A program made the translations under genes and the position numbers. From sequence record ON568341.1: DNA of 64,000 nucleotides; one strand, written 5' to 3'. The stretch's first letter is position 1. Each line of letters opens with the position of its first letter. The notes below the pieces were generated by a model that was given only the letters and a program-made list of their open reading frames with translations, searched no databases and was not told the DNA's origin. Positions 1 to 8,862 of this stretch are shown piece by piece.

Positions 1-138
1 AGTACTGTAGTACTGTTGGACACTGGAAAGGTCGCCAATGATAAAGCGATTGCAGGTATATTAACGGATCTTGAGCCTGGTAGCAGTGCACCAATAACGT
101 TAAATGGTAAAGTGTTTAATATTTTACTCACTGATTAA
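1..138 (+). CDS. 3' end of a hypothetical protein, truncated by the window
   Basis: Frame 1 is open (STVVLLDTGK...LLTD*) to TAA at 136-138 and is followed by a terminator. Confidence 0.6.
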   Translation, partial: STVVLLDTGKVANDKAIAGILTDLEPGSSAPITLNGKVFNILLTD

Positions 139-144
139 GTACAT

Positions 145-166
145 AGCCCACCTGGTGGGCTTTTTT
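145..166 (+). terminator. Rho-independent terminator
   Basis: AGCCCAC-ctg-GTGGGCT stem followed by a T-run. Confidence 0.85.
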
Positions 167-371
167 GTTTTTGTAGTATCGTAGTACTGAGATACTTTGA
201 AAATAGTTTTAAGAAAGTAGTTGACATTACCGCAGAAAAGCGTAGAATGTATTACATCAAGACGGGGAGCACTAAGTAGACCGCCAGTAAGTCGAACGAA
301 AAACTGGACACGTCGAGAAAACTTTGATACACTAATAAACGTAAACTAAACTTTAATTGAGGATTTATAAA

Positions 372-854
372 ATGGCTAATGTAAAATCATTTCTGAAAGC
401 ACTGATTTCTAACGACACTGCTATTGCGGCTGAATTGCTGGCGGATCTGGATAGCGATACCATGAAAGCAGTACGCAACAATTTTAACATTGCGTACAGT
501 GAAGCTAAAGAACTGCAAGCCAAAAAGATAGCAGAACTGGAAGAACAGAAAAAAGCCCGTGAAGAAGAACTACAAGCAACGATTGAAAGTATTCAGGCGG
601 CGGTTGCAGGGTTGGATCTGGAAGTAGTTATTGAAATGGCACATAAAGCACTGGCAGTTAAGTACGGGGAAGATAAGCCAGTAACTAAACCTAAAAAATG
701 GATTCAGGAACGCGTAACGGTTGTTCTTGATAATGGCGAGGAACATTTAATTCCCGTGCGTGGTAACTGCATTGCGGTAGTTCTGGATGCTATCAAAGAA
801 AGCGGATTGACTCGCGAGGAATGGATCGAAGCTCACCGCAAAATTGAAGCATAA
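372..854 (+). CDS. H-NS/StpA-like protein with a divergent DNA-binding motif
   Basis: N-terminal coiled coil. The C-terminal VLDNGEEHLIPVRGNCIAVVLDAIKESGLTREEWI aligns without gaps to the E. coli H-NS segment [35 protein letters not shown] (recalled from memory). SD GAGG precedes ATG 372. Confidence 0.6.
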   Translation: MANVKSFLKALISNDTAIAAELLADLDSDTMKAVRNNFNIAYSEAKELQAKKIAELEEQKKAREEELQATIESIQAAVAGLDLEVVIEMAHKALAVKYGEDKPVTKPKKWIQERVTVVLDNGEEHLIPVRGNCIAVVLDAIKESGLTREEWIEAHRKIEA

Positions 855-875
855 CAATTAAAGTACTGAATCACT

Positions 876-902
876 AGCCCACTTCTTATAGTGGGCTTTT
901 TT
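876..902 (+). terminator. Rho-independent terminator
   Basis: AGCCCACT...AGTGGGCT followed by a T-run. Confidence 0.85.
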
Positions 903-1129
903 GTGTTTATCGTTTACCAGTCCACTAGCACCGCCTAGAATCGATTCTAACGCATTAAACTGATTATCTGATGAATAGCCCTAGCTGGTGGCGTTAATGC
1001 CGTTAGAAAGCGATTGAGGACGTTTAAAGTATTTTGCAAAAAGTAATAAAAAGTACTTGCACGATTAAGAGATTAGAGTATAATTAATTACATCAAGACA
1101 AGACACCTTAACTAACTGAGGATATAAAG

Positions 1130-1282
1130 ATGAATACTTATGAACTGGATTGTTTCACTTTACAAGTAATGTCAGTATGCAGTAAAAAAGATTGGTCATC
1201 AAAGGAATTTAAAGCAGTTATTGCGTGTGCAAAACACGGCAAGACTATCAATGAAACGGCATCAATCATTGATAAACTTTAA
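1130..1282 (+). CDS. Hypothetical protein (50 aa, not in the ORF track)
   Basis: Promoter at 1057, SD GAGGA, MNTYELDCF...IDKL*. Confidence 0.7.
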   Translation: MNTYELDCFTLQVMSVCSKKDWSSKEFKAVIACAKHGKTINETASIIDKL

Positions 1283-1354
1283 AAAATAGTTTGACAATAG
1301 TTTTAAGTACTGCGATAATACATACATCAACTACTGAATAGGAATAAAAAAACA

Positions 1355-1582
1355 ATGGCTATCATCATTACTTACGTATCTGGTACTACTGGCACTGCTT
1401 CAACTGTTGCTGTAATTACTAATAAGAAAGGAGCGGAATTACATTTTGCAATGGATAATTGGGCCGTGAAGGAGTTCGGACCGTGGGCAAGTGTAGCATA
1501 CATTGAAACCTATCAAGTGCCATCGATTAGCTTAACTGATTTAGGTGTAGATCGAATCTTATGCCTGGATGAATTAATTTAA
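1355..1582 (+). CDS. Hypothetical protein
   Basis: Own promoter and SD. Confidence 0.75.
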   Translation: MAIIITYVSGTTGTASTVAVITNKKGAELHFAMDNWAVKEFGPWASVAYIETYQVPSISLTDLGVDRILCLDELI

Positions 1583-1668
1583 AAAAGTACTTGCAAAGTA
1601 AATCGAATAAAGTATAATACATTACATCAAGGGGAGAAAATGGTTCTCCCCACTAAGAGGAAACTAAT

Positions 1669-1812
1669 ATGAAAACTTGTCAATGTGGTAAAAAATCTAT
1701 TACTGGTTTGAAACGGGGCGTTGCACTTTGCCAGTACCATTATAATTTACAAGTATGGGGTAAAGAATGGGCCGATCAAGTGGAAGCAATTAAGAAAGCA
1801 AAAAGTAAGTAA
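1669..1812 (+). CDS. Small Cys/His-rich protein, possible Zn ribbon (47 aa)
   Basis: Promoter, hairpin leader and SD GAGG; CQC...CQYH. Confidence 0.7.
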   Translation: MKTCQCGKKSITGLKRGVALCQYHYNLQVWGKEWADQVEAIKKAKSK

Positions 1813-1893
1813 AAATATTATCACAGTACTATTGACATAGATTGATAGTACTGGCATAATAGATTTTATCAAGACAACTAAGAGGAAATTAAA

Positions 1894-2238
1894 ATGGCTA
1901 ACATCAATACTATAGCAGCACAAAATATTAACCTGTCTTCTGTTGAAGTTGTACACATTGCCGCCCGGCGTTGGTTCCAGGCGTCTTATGGTAATACTTA
2001 TTTCTCTTTAACGGTAGATGTTGAAATCAATGGCGAATTTATTGAAGTAGTAAACGTGCCGTTCCAATATGGCTACGGGGATCATTTTGACACTGTAGCA
2101 ATGGAAGAATTTAGCAAGGTTATTAATATGGAAGGTAAAGAGTTTTTACGCGGTTCTTATCTTTCCCGTTTTTGCCGTGATAATAATATTACTGTTTATA
2201 GTTCTGTTAGTGATGTTAAACGCAAAAAAGATCTTTAA
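1894..2238 (+). CDS. Hypothetical protein, paralogue of 7732-8055
   Basis: Shared GNTY.S, YGYG and DVKRKKD motifs. Confidence 0.8.
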   Translation: MANINTIAAQNINLSSVEVVHIAARRWFQASYGNTYFSLTVDVEINGEFIEVVNVPFQYGYGDHFDTVAMEEFSKVINMEGKEFLRGSYLSRFCRDNNITVYSSVSDVKRKKDL

Positions 2239-2318
2239 TTAGCTTTACTTTATGCAGATACTTTGATATAGTGTCTGCATAGGGGAAAGAAATTAAATCA
2301 ACTTAAGAGGATAGTAAA

Positions 2319-2588
2319 ATGAAAAATATCAGTACTTTAATCGATGCAGGCACACATGTTCGTCGGTCTATGGTTGCAACCAGTTCTACAAAACAAGTAG
2401 CGAGCGGTTATCTTGTATTTGTGCACGATGGAAAACTCCTGGAACGTTCAATCAATTTTGATGTTAAAAACAATTGCCGTTTTATTATCTTTAAGCGTGA
2501 GCAATATAAAATTGATTTACCAGCAAAGCCCATTAGTGGGGCGTACAACGTGCAATCATTGTTTGAGCGTCAACCATACACCTATTAA
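2319..2588 (+). CDS. Hypothetical protein
   Basis: Promoter at 2244, SD GAGGA. Confidence 0.75.
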   Translation: MKNISTLIDAGTHVRRSMVATSSTKQVASGYLVFVHDGKLLERSINFDVKNNCRFIIFKREQYKIDLPAKPISGAYNVQSLFERQPYTY

Positions 2589-2639
2589 TCAAAACAACGT
2601 TAGCGGTCGATTTAGGCCGCTTATACTGGGGATTATATA

Positions 2640-2810
2640 ATGAATACTAATCAAGTACTGAACGAGATTGAAAGCATCATTAAACCGATGAAGCGTACTG
2701 ATGCAATGTTAACACCGGAAGAATGCCGCTTATATGAGCGTTACAGCGTCGAACAAGTCCAGGCAATGGCCCGTATCCGTCCGGTTGCCAGTACTGATAA
2801 GGCGGCGTAA
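2640..2810 (+). CDS. Hypothetical protein (56 aa, not in the track)
   Basis: SD GGGGA, MNTNQVLNE...DKAA*. Confidence 0.6.
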   Translation: MNTNQVLNEIESIIKPMKRTDAMLTPEECRLYERYSVEQVQAMARIRPVASTDKAA

Positions 2811-2811
2811 T

Positions 2812-3021
2812 ATGCTTACTGTACAGGATAAGATCGACATCTTAAAGGTTAATATGTATGTGATTGATGCCGTACCTGGTAAAGTATTTGCATACGATGA
2901 CACCACTGTAAGCAATTTCTACTATAGCCAGGACGTGGGGGATCTTTCTGTACAGTCGGTTATTGAAAATGTAGTTAATGCAGCGTATGAGCATTTACTT
3001 TCAAATAGTACTTGCAATTAG
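2812..3021 (+). CDS. Hypothetical protein
   Basis: ATG immediately follows the upstream stop; start corrected from 2734. Confidence 0.65.
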   Translation: MLTVQDKIDILKVNMYVIDAVPGKVFAYDDTTVSNFYYSQDVGDLSVQSVIENVVNAAYEHLLSNSTCN

Positions 3022-3090
3022 TTTTCAGTACTGTATAATGTTTTACATGAAGGGGAGAAATAGTACTCCCCACTAATTAAGGAATATGAA

Positions 3091-3237
3091 ATGAAAGCAT
3101 CAAAAAAGAGTAATACTAAGAAAGCATGTTCACCTTTCGCTGGGGTATTCCCTTTACGTTTCGTTGATGAAGTGGTTTCCTACCCGCCGGGCCTTACTCC
3201 TGAGATGGTAGAAAGTTTGCGTAAATCTAAAAAATAA
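3091..3237 (+). CDS. Hypothetical basic protein (48 aa)
   Basis: Promoter at 3012, hairpin leader, SD AAGGA. Confidence 0.65.
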   Translation: MKASKKSNTKKACSPFAGVFPLRFVDEVVSYPPGLTPEMVESLRKSKK

Positions 3238-3318
3238 TACTTGCAATTAGTTTTTAGTACTGTATAATGTTTTACATGAAGGGGAGAAATGATTCTCCCC
3301 AAGAACAGGAGAAACAAA

Positions 3319-3471
3319 ATGAAACAATACAACGCTCGGTTTGATGTTACTATCGGCAACGGCAAAGGTCAATTCTCTTTCAGTACTCGTAAGAGTTATA
3401 CAGAAAACTTCTTGCGTAATTGTGCACTGACCGCCGCACAAATTAAACATTATTTTCAGGCTAAAAAATGA
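3319..3471 (+). CDS. Hypothetical protein
   Basis: Promoter at 3241, SD AGGAG; start corrected. Confidence 0.7.
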   Translation: MKQYNARFDVTIGNGKGQFSFSTRKSYTENFLRNCALTAAQIKHYFQAKK

Positions 3472-3557
3472 AATCATTAGCTTATTATAGTTCGGCCCTG
3501 GTCGGTGCATTGATCGCGGCATTGTTAGTAGCTTATCTATTCTTTATGGTGATTTAA

Positions 3558-3695
3558 ATGAATCCTAACGGTATAATTTACAGTACTCCTAAAACGAAAG
3601 CAGATAAAGCTAAAGCACGTAAAGCGAAAGTAAAGGAATACATCAAGCAAGGCATGACACGAAAGGCGGCGATTCTAAAAGCTAAAAATAAATGA
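3558..3695 (+). CDS. Very basic small protein (45 aa)
   Basis: MNPNGIIYSTPKTKADKAKARKAK...; SD GGTGA. Confidence 0.55.
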   Translation: MNPNGIIYSTPKTKADKAKARKAKVKEYIKQGMTRKAAILKAKNK

Positions 3696-3800
3696 AAAAA
3701 GTGGTTGACTTCGGTCAGCCATTTTGCTATTATATAATCATTGAGAGATAGCTCACTAGCCCACGGGGTGCGGGAGTGTATCTATTATATAAGCATTGAG
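3695..3800 (+). ncRNA. Terminator/promoter/small-RNA cassette, copy 1
   Basis: Hairpin containing TTGACT-17-TATTAT, then an ORF-less stem-loop with a TAGCCCACGGGGTGC core. Confidence 0.5.
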
Positions 3801-3916
3801 TACTGAAAACTATTTTAAAAGTATTTGCAGAAAGTACTTGCAAACTATCTCAATTGGCGTATAATGTTTTACATCGCAAGGGGAAACGGTTTCCCCTAGT
3901 AATAAGGAATAAAATC

Positions 3917-4258
3917 ATGACTATTGCAATTGTACAATCTAACTTTGAAAATGAAATCATCGCCCAAGCACTGCGTTTAAATGATGGTCGGGCCGAAATT
4001 AATTACGGTTTCAATTCAGGCGGTTGTGAAAAATATCAGTACTTTATAACTGCTGATGGCGGTGTCCTGGGTATTAATACAGTTATTGTAAACATTCAGA
4101 AAATTAATTTCAATGATCCAGACGATAGCCAGTTTTACATTATAGGCGTAGACGTGAACTATGAGGATGACTCACTAACTGATGATTACACTGGCGAGAA
4201 GTTAGAAAGTGCATACGGTGAAGATGATTATCAGTCAGTACCAGAAGATTTCGAATAA
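3917..4258 (+). CDS. Acidic hypothetical protein
   Basis: Promoter at 3838, SD AAGGA; start corrected. Confidence 0.75.
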   Translation: MTIAIVQSNFENEIIAQALRLNDGRAEINYGFNSGGCEKYQYFITADGGVLGINTVIVNIQKINFNDPDDSQFYIIGVDVNYEDDSLTDDYTGEKLESAYGEDDYQSVPEDFE

Positions 4259-4358
4259 TATTAAAAAATAGTTTGACAATAGATTATAGTACTGTATAAT
4301 AGTTTACATCAAGAAACGGGAAGTAACAGTACTTCCCTACTAACAGAGAGAAAACAAA

Positions 4359-4571
4359 ATGGCTGATATCCGCACTTTACTGAAAAATGCAAAACGAGTT
4401 TTATTTTCTGATCACGAACATTTAAACAAGGATATTACTGGCGTTCGGAATATCAAAGATGTAAAACGTGTTATGGGTATCTATTGCAATATGAAACGTG
4501 TTGGCACGTTCGGTAATAAATTTCTATACCAGGCGGGGGATTACAATTTTACACTGACTATCATTAACTAA
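4359..4571 (+). CDS. Hypothetical protein
   Basis: Own promoter, leader hairpin and SD. Confidence 0.75.
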   Translation: MADIRTLLKNAKRVLFSDHEHLNKDITGVRNIKDVKRVMGIYCNMKRVGTFGNKFLYQAGDYNFTLTIIN

Positions 4572-4653
4572 AAATATTATCACAGTACTATTGACATAGT
4601 TTGATAGTACTGGCATAATAGATTTTATCAACTACACTACTAAGGAATTAAAA

Positions 4654-4833
4654 ATGGCTATCATCGCAAAAACTGAAATCATCGGCCTGGATTCTATCAT
4701 CATGACGTTTGAAGATCAAAAAGGTATGTATGTAGTTTCCTATGGTGATTATGTTCGGGAGTATGAAACAGTAGACGAAGCCTTTGAAAGTTACATTCGC
4801 CAGGTGAATAAAGCATACGACGATTACCGCTAA
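4654..4833 (+). CDS. Hypothetical protein (59 aa, not in the track)
   Basis: Promoter at 4591, SD AAGGA. Confidence 0.7.
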   Translation: MAIIAKTEIIGLDSIIMTFEDQKGMYVVSYGDYVREYETVDEAFESYIRQVNKAYDDYR

Positions 4834-4946
4834 AATATATTACCAGTACTATTAAAGATATTGACAACGTTTGATAGTACTGGCATAATAAGTTTTATAA
4901 ACAGTAGTCAAATAGTAGTTAACTTAACAAAAGAGAGAGAAACAAA

Positions 4947-5090
4947 ATGATCGCACTGGATTCATTCATCGATGCAGTTCTGGCAAAAACTGGCGAGGAT
5001 CTGACCGCAGAACAATACGCAATGATCGAGCAATGCCAGCAAGACGGTAAATCGGTGAAAGATACTGTTAAGATTATCCGCAAGATGTAA
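4947..5090 (+). CDS. Hypothetical protein (47 aa, not in the track)
   Basis: Promoter at 4861, AG-rich SD, terminator downstream. Confidence 0.7.
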   Translation: MIALDSFIDAVLAKTGEDLTAEQYAMIEQCQQDGKSVKDTVKIIRKM

Positions 5091-5096
5091 GATTAT

Positions 5097-5125
5097 AAGC
5101 CCATTAGTTAACGCTGGTGGGCTTT
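5097..5125 (+). terminator. Terminator hairpin containing a Chi site
   Basis: AAGCCCA...TGGGCTT with GCTGGTGG at 5113. Confidence 0.7.
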
Positions 5126-5196
5126 AATCATTTACCCTATACAATGCCAGTACTAAACCGTTTATCTCATTAGAATGCATTACAGGACGTTTAACA

Positions 5197-5394
5197 ATGA
5201 TTAGCATGAAATCAGTACAAAAACAAATAGAAACATTATCAAAAATTAAACGTAAACAGTACTCATTAGAATATAATATCAATGGTAACTATCATCTAAT
5301 GAAAGAGAATAATTTTATCGTCATTGATGAATCATTGCAAATTATTAGTATAGTACTGAAAGCATTAATTAATGATAGAAAAAGGTTAAAATAA
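5197..5394 (+). CDS. Hypothetical protein
   Basis: SD AGGA; coupled to the next gene. Confidence 0.6.
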   Translation: MISMKSVQKQIETLSKIKRKQYSLEYNINGNYHLMKENNFIVIDESLQIISIVLKALINDRKRLK

Positions 5395-5651
5395 TGGCAG
5401 TAGGATTCGCGAAAGATGGAGCCGAGCAAGATGAGATTAACGCAGTTATTCAAGCCGCCGTTAACCACGCTAGAAAGCAAATTAACGCACAAATAGAATC
5501 ACTGATACATTGCCTCGACTGCGGCGATAAAATCCCTGAGAATCGCCGACAGGCTGTTAAGGGATGTAAGTACTGCATTAATTGCCAAGTGGATCATGAT
5601 AGTACTTTTAAAAGAGATCCGCGTAATTGTTGGCATAGATCTATGAGATAA
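5394..5651 (+). CDS. TraR/DksA-family C4 zinc-finger protein (YbiI-like)
   Basis: MAVGFAKDGAEQDEI N-terminus and CLDCGDKIPENRRQAVKGCKYCINCQ zinc finger. Confidence 0.9.
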   Translation: MAVGFAKDGAEQDEINAVIQAAVNHARKQINAQIESLIHCLDCGDKIPENRRQAVKGCKYCINCQVDHDSTFKRDPRNCWHRSMR

Positions 5652-5715
5652 AAAGTAATTGACAGTACTGAAAGATAGTGTATAATGTTTTATATCTTAA
5701 CTGAGGATAGAAATC

Positions 5716-6072
5716 ATGGGAATACAACATATCACGCGGACCACTGACAATGGCGAGATCACTGGTTATCAAGTACAGGGCAAAGTAGCACAATTGCAGT
5801 ACTGGTTTGTTAAACGTGGAATCATTGCACCGGATCTTGATTATGACCGTGTAGCGTTTATTGATTCTCTTTATGTTGATCCTGATAGTCGGGGCAATGG
5901 TGAAGGTAACGAATTAATGAATGCCTTTATCGATGCCGCCGATGATTCAGATTGTATCATCTTAGAATGCGATACGGGAGAAGATAACGCCTTTAATCTT
6001 AAAGAATGGTACGAAGGATTCGGATTCGAGGTACTGATCGATAGTGAATATCCTATCATGATTTTATCATAG
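5716..6072 (+). CDS. GNAT-family acetyltransferase
   Basis: IDSLYVDPDSRGNGEGNELM (motif A) and WYEGFGF (motif B). Confidence 0.85.
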   Translation: MGIQHITRTTDNGEITGYQVQGKVAQLQYWFVKRGIIAPDLDYDRVAFIDSLYVDPDSRGNGEGNELMNAFIDAADDSDCIILECDTGEDNAFNLKEWYEGFGFEVLIDSEYPIMILS

Positions 6073-6150
6073 TACTTGCATTTAGTTTTCAGTACTGTTA
6101 TAGTACTTGCATCAAGGGGAAACATCTTCCCCTACTAAGAGGAAATAAAA

Positions 6151-6339
6151 ATGGAAAACTTATCAAGTATTTTAGTACAAGATGATTTCGGTAATCCTGG
6201 AAGTGCTATCATTGTTCGGGGCAATAAAGCAACGTTTGTTATTGCTGGTGGACCCGTACAGCGTAGCATTAAAAATAATGCTGTTACCATTAATAATGTA
6301 CGCTATCGCTTAGATAAAGAATTAATTCATAAACTGTAA
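6151..6339 (+). CDS. Hypothetical protein
   Basis: Own promoter, hairpin and SD. Confidence 0.75.
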   Translation: MENLSSILVQDDFGNPGSAIIVRGNKATFVIAGGPVQRSIKNNAVTINNVRYRLDKELIHKL

Positions 6340-6424
6340 AAAAGTACTGGACAATAGATTATAGTACTGTATAATAGTTTACATGAAGGGGAGAAATGAT
6401 TCTCCCCACTAAGAGGAAAGAAAA

Positions 6425-6637
6425 ATGCAAGGTCAACTAATCGTTCGTAAATGGTCTGATACTAACGAAAAACCGTGGGATGTACAATACATCGCCCCAA
6501 ATGGTGAATCCAGATATCAACCAGGTGTAACGCATAGTACTGAGCAATTCGCCGCCGCTCATCGCGAACGTCTGTTACAATCAATGCAGCACGGTTCCGG
6601 TGAAAAATTCATTCAGGATCATTGGCTGAAAGATTAA
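6425..6637 (+). CDS. Hypothetical protein
   Basis: Own promoter, hairpin and SD. Confidence 0.75.
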   Translation: MQGQLIVRKWSDTNEKPWDVQYIAPNGESRYQPGVTHSTEQFAAAHRERLLQSMQHGSGEKFIQDHWLKD

Positions 6638-6723
6638 AAAGTACTTGCACAGTACTGAATAAAGTGTATAATGTTTTATATCGGAAGGGGAATAGTTCCC
6701 CTCCTAACAAAGAGGAAAGTATA

Positions 6724-6897
6724 ATGGTCCAGGTAGAATTAACAGTACTGAAAGATCTGTTTTATCGGATTGGTACTACTGGCGAATATCCGAAGGGTGA
6801 TAATGCAAAACTTTACGTATCACTCGACTTATGGCAACGCGAACAATTAGCAACGGCCTGGCGTAAAGGCAAAGCAGATAGCGAGGTGAAAGCATGA
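6724..6897 (+). CDS. Hypothetical protein
   Basis: Promoter at 6645, SD GAGGA; start corrected. Confidence 0.7.
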   Translation: MVQVELTVLKDLFYRIGTTGEYPKGDNAKLYVSLDLWQREQLATAWRKGKADSEVKA

Positions 6898-7043
6898 AAG
6901 AATTCTTATTTGAAGTAGTGTTTCAAGGTGTCGGTAATAACCAACTGATTCGAACAAGTGGTTATAATGTTAACCAGGCATGGAATAACATTAAACAAAT
7001 GTACCCGAACGCTATCACATATCGCAACCCGAAAGAAGTTTAA
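6894..7043 (+). CDS. Hypothetical protein (49 aa, not in the track)
   Basis: ATGA overlap, SD GAGGTG. Confidence 0.65.
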   Translation: MKEFLFEVVFQGVGNNQLIRTSGYNVNQAWNNIKQMYPNAITYRNPKEV

Positions 7044-7052
7044 AAATAATTG

Positions 7053-7155
7053 AAAAAGGGATTGACTCCGGTCAGTCCCTTTGCTATTATATACGCATAG
7101 AAACAAATTAGCCCACCGGGTGCATAAATGTATCTATTGTTTGCTGGTGGCTAGT
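7053..7155 (+). ncRNA. Terminator/promoter/small-RNA cassette, copy 2 (with Chi)
   Basis: AAAGGGATTGAC-TCCG-GTCAGTCCCTTT, TAGCCCACCGGGTGC core, Chi at 7143. Confidence 0.5.
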
Positions 7156-7368
7156 ACTATCAAGTACTGAAAACTATTTTTAAAAAAGTACTTGCAAAGT
7201 ATCACGATAAGCGTATAATGTTTTACATCAGGACGGGGAACGAAATAAGTAACCCCGTTAAGTAGTCCAGGAGTAAGACATACGAAAAACTCCCCTGATA
7301 AAATAGTTTGACAATAGAAAGTAAACGAGTATAATACTTACATCAACCACTGATAAGGAAACATTAAA

Positions 7369-7644
7369 ATGCGGACTTTACTTACAGCTAACGAAATCGA
7401 GCAAGTACTGACTACTAATCTGGAACAATGGAAACGTGAAGCAGATATCCAGGCGGTTCAATGCCTTAACGATAAGTTAACGCCAGATGACTTAAGCACG
7501 ATTGTTGATCCACAATTTTATGAAGATATTCACGACACGTCTTTAAGCGTCGAGGATGTACTTGATAAGCACTACATTGATACTGATTTACATGTTTACG
7601 GTCGTAAAAACTTTATCACTATTCACGACATTTACAATACTTAA
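7369..7644 (+). CDS. Hypothetical protein
   Basis: Promoter at 7308, SD AAGGA. Confidence 0.75.
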   Translation: MRTLLTANEIEQVLTTNLEQWKREADIQAVQCLNDKLTPDDLSTIVDPQFYEDIHDTSLSVEDVLDKHYIDTDLHVYGRKNFITIHDIYNT

Positions 7645-7731
7645 GTATTGACAAAGTATCTTAGTACTGTATAATAGTTTACATCAAGCGAGGGGAATGG
7701 TTCCCCTCCTAACAAAGAGAGAGAAATAAAA

Positions 7732-8055
7732 ATGGCTATGATCCTTACCCAGAAAGTAGAACTGAAAATTGTAACCTCCTTTGACATTAAAGTTAATCGG
7801 TGGACTGATAGCCACGGCAATACTTACCACTCCTGCTACGTGTCCGCATTGATTGGTGATCGCTGGGAAGACCTGGGACACGAAACCTTTACATACGGTT
7901 ACGGCACACAAGGCGAGTACACGGGTTTAGAAATCATTAAGGAAACTGTAATAGGTTTCAACCCGAAAGAGAAAGTACTACACAGAATTGAGAAAGAGAT
8001 CAACAAAGAAATTACAGTTCGCTACTACGATGTAAAACGTAAGAAAGACATGTAA
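7732..8055 (+). CDS. Hypothetical protein, paralogue of 1894-2238
   Basis: GNTYHS, YGYG and DVKRKKDM motifs. Confidence 0.8.
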   Translation: MAMILTQKVELKIVTSFDIKVNRWTDSHGNTYHSCYVSALIGDRWEDLGHETFTYGYGTQGEYTGLEIIKETVIGFNPKEKVLHRIEKEINKEITVRYYDVKRKKDM

Positions 8056-8150
8056 TAGAATCCATTTAAAGTACTATTTGACATTGCCCAGATAGTACTT
8101 TATAATAGACTCTAACTTGTAGTACTAACTCAACTAATAGGATGTATACC

Positions 8151-8546
8151 ATGATTACTAAATTCTACGCTACCCGTGAAGCTGCCCGTATTGTTGCACG
8201 CGAGGAAGGAGCAGCATTTAAAGACATGGGCAAAGATGCAACGAAAGGTCAACGCTGGGCCGTACAGTTCAAAGAAATCTCTGATATTGTGAATTCACCT
8301 GAGCCAGTACTGACAGCAGCAGAACTAAAACGAGCGGATATGCTGGCGGCAATACTTGACGCACAAGATGAGTTTATCGCTGACTCTGATATCAAAGTAC
8401 AGGTAAACCACACCGCATGGACTCACGCGGATCACCTGGCAAACCTTAAGCGTCCAAGTGAACTGATTCGCAACCAGAAAGAGATCCGACATGATCGTAA
8501 GGGTAATCGTGTAACAGTATACAGTAAACGCCGCCAGGTTATCTAA
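8151..8546 (+). CDS. Hypothetical protein
   Basis: Promoter at 8078, SD AGGA, terminator downstream. Confidence 0.75.
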   Translation: MITKFYATREAARIVAREEGAAFKDMGKDATKGQRWAVQFKEISDIVNSPEPVLTAAELKRADMLAAILDAQDEFIADSDIKVQVNHTAWTHADHLANLKRPSELIRNQKEIRHDRKGNRVTVYSKRRQVI

Positions 8547-8568
8547 TAACTTGCAGTACTAACAACAC

Positions 8569-8593
8569 GGCGGGATCAGTTCCCGCCTTTTTT
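8569..8593 (+). terminator. Rho-independent terminator
   Basis: GGCGGGA...TCCCGCC followed by T6. Confidence 0.85.
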
Positions 8594-8607
8594 ATAGGAC
8601 AAACAAA

Positions 8608-8862
8608 ATGATTAAGGTTCAACTATATAAAGATAACATCTTACGGGTACACTATAAAGCACCTCAGAGAATCATCACAAAGGCCGTACAGCTTGCTAAT
8701 GAGTTTATTAATGGTAACCTATTACCTAGGAAGTTAAGCAACGGAAAACTGCGTGTAATCGACGTGGACACTAACAACAGGATAGTAATCGAGAACACAG
8801 GAAAAATAAACCTATATGAACACCAACAATACAATAAGAAAATAAAACTAATATCACGTTGA
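8608..8862 (+). CDS. Hypothetical protein
   Basis: SD AGGA. Confidence 0.65.
   Translation: MIKVQLYKDNILRVHYKAPQRIITKAVQLANEFINGNLLPRKLSNGKLRVIDVDTNNRIVIENTGKINLYEHQQYNKKIKLISR

Larger units (their letters stand above)
1812..4631 (+). repeat. Near-identical ~60-bp promoter cassette in two copies (1812-1872 and 4571-4631)
   Basis: AAAAATATTATCACAGTACTATTGACATAG(A/T)TTGATAGTACTGGCATAATAGATTTTATCAA in both copies. Confidence 0.9.
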
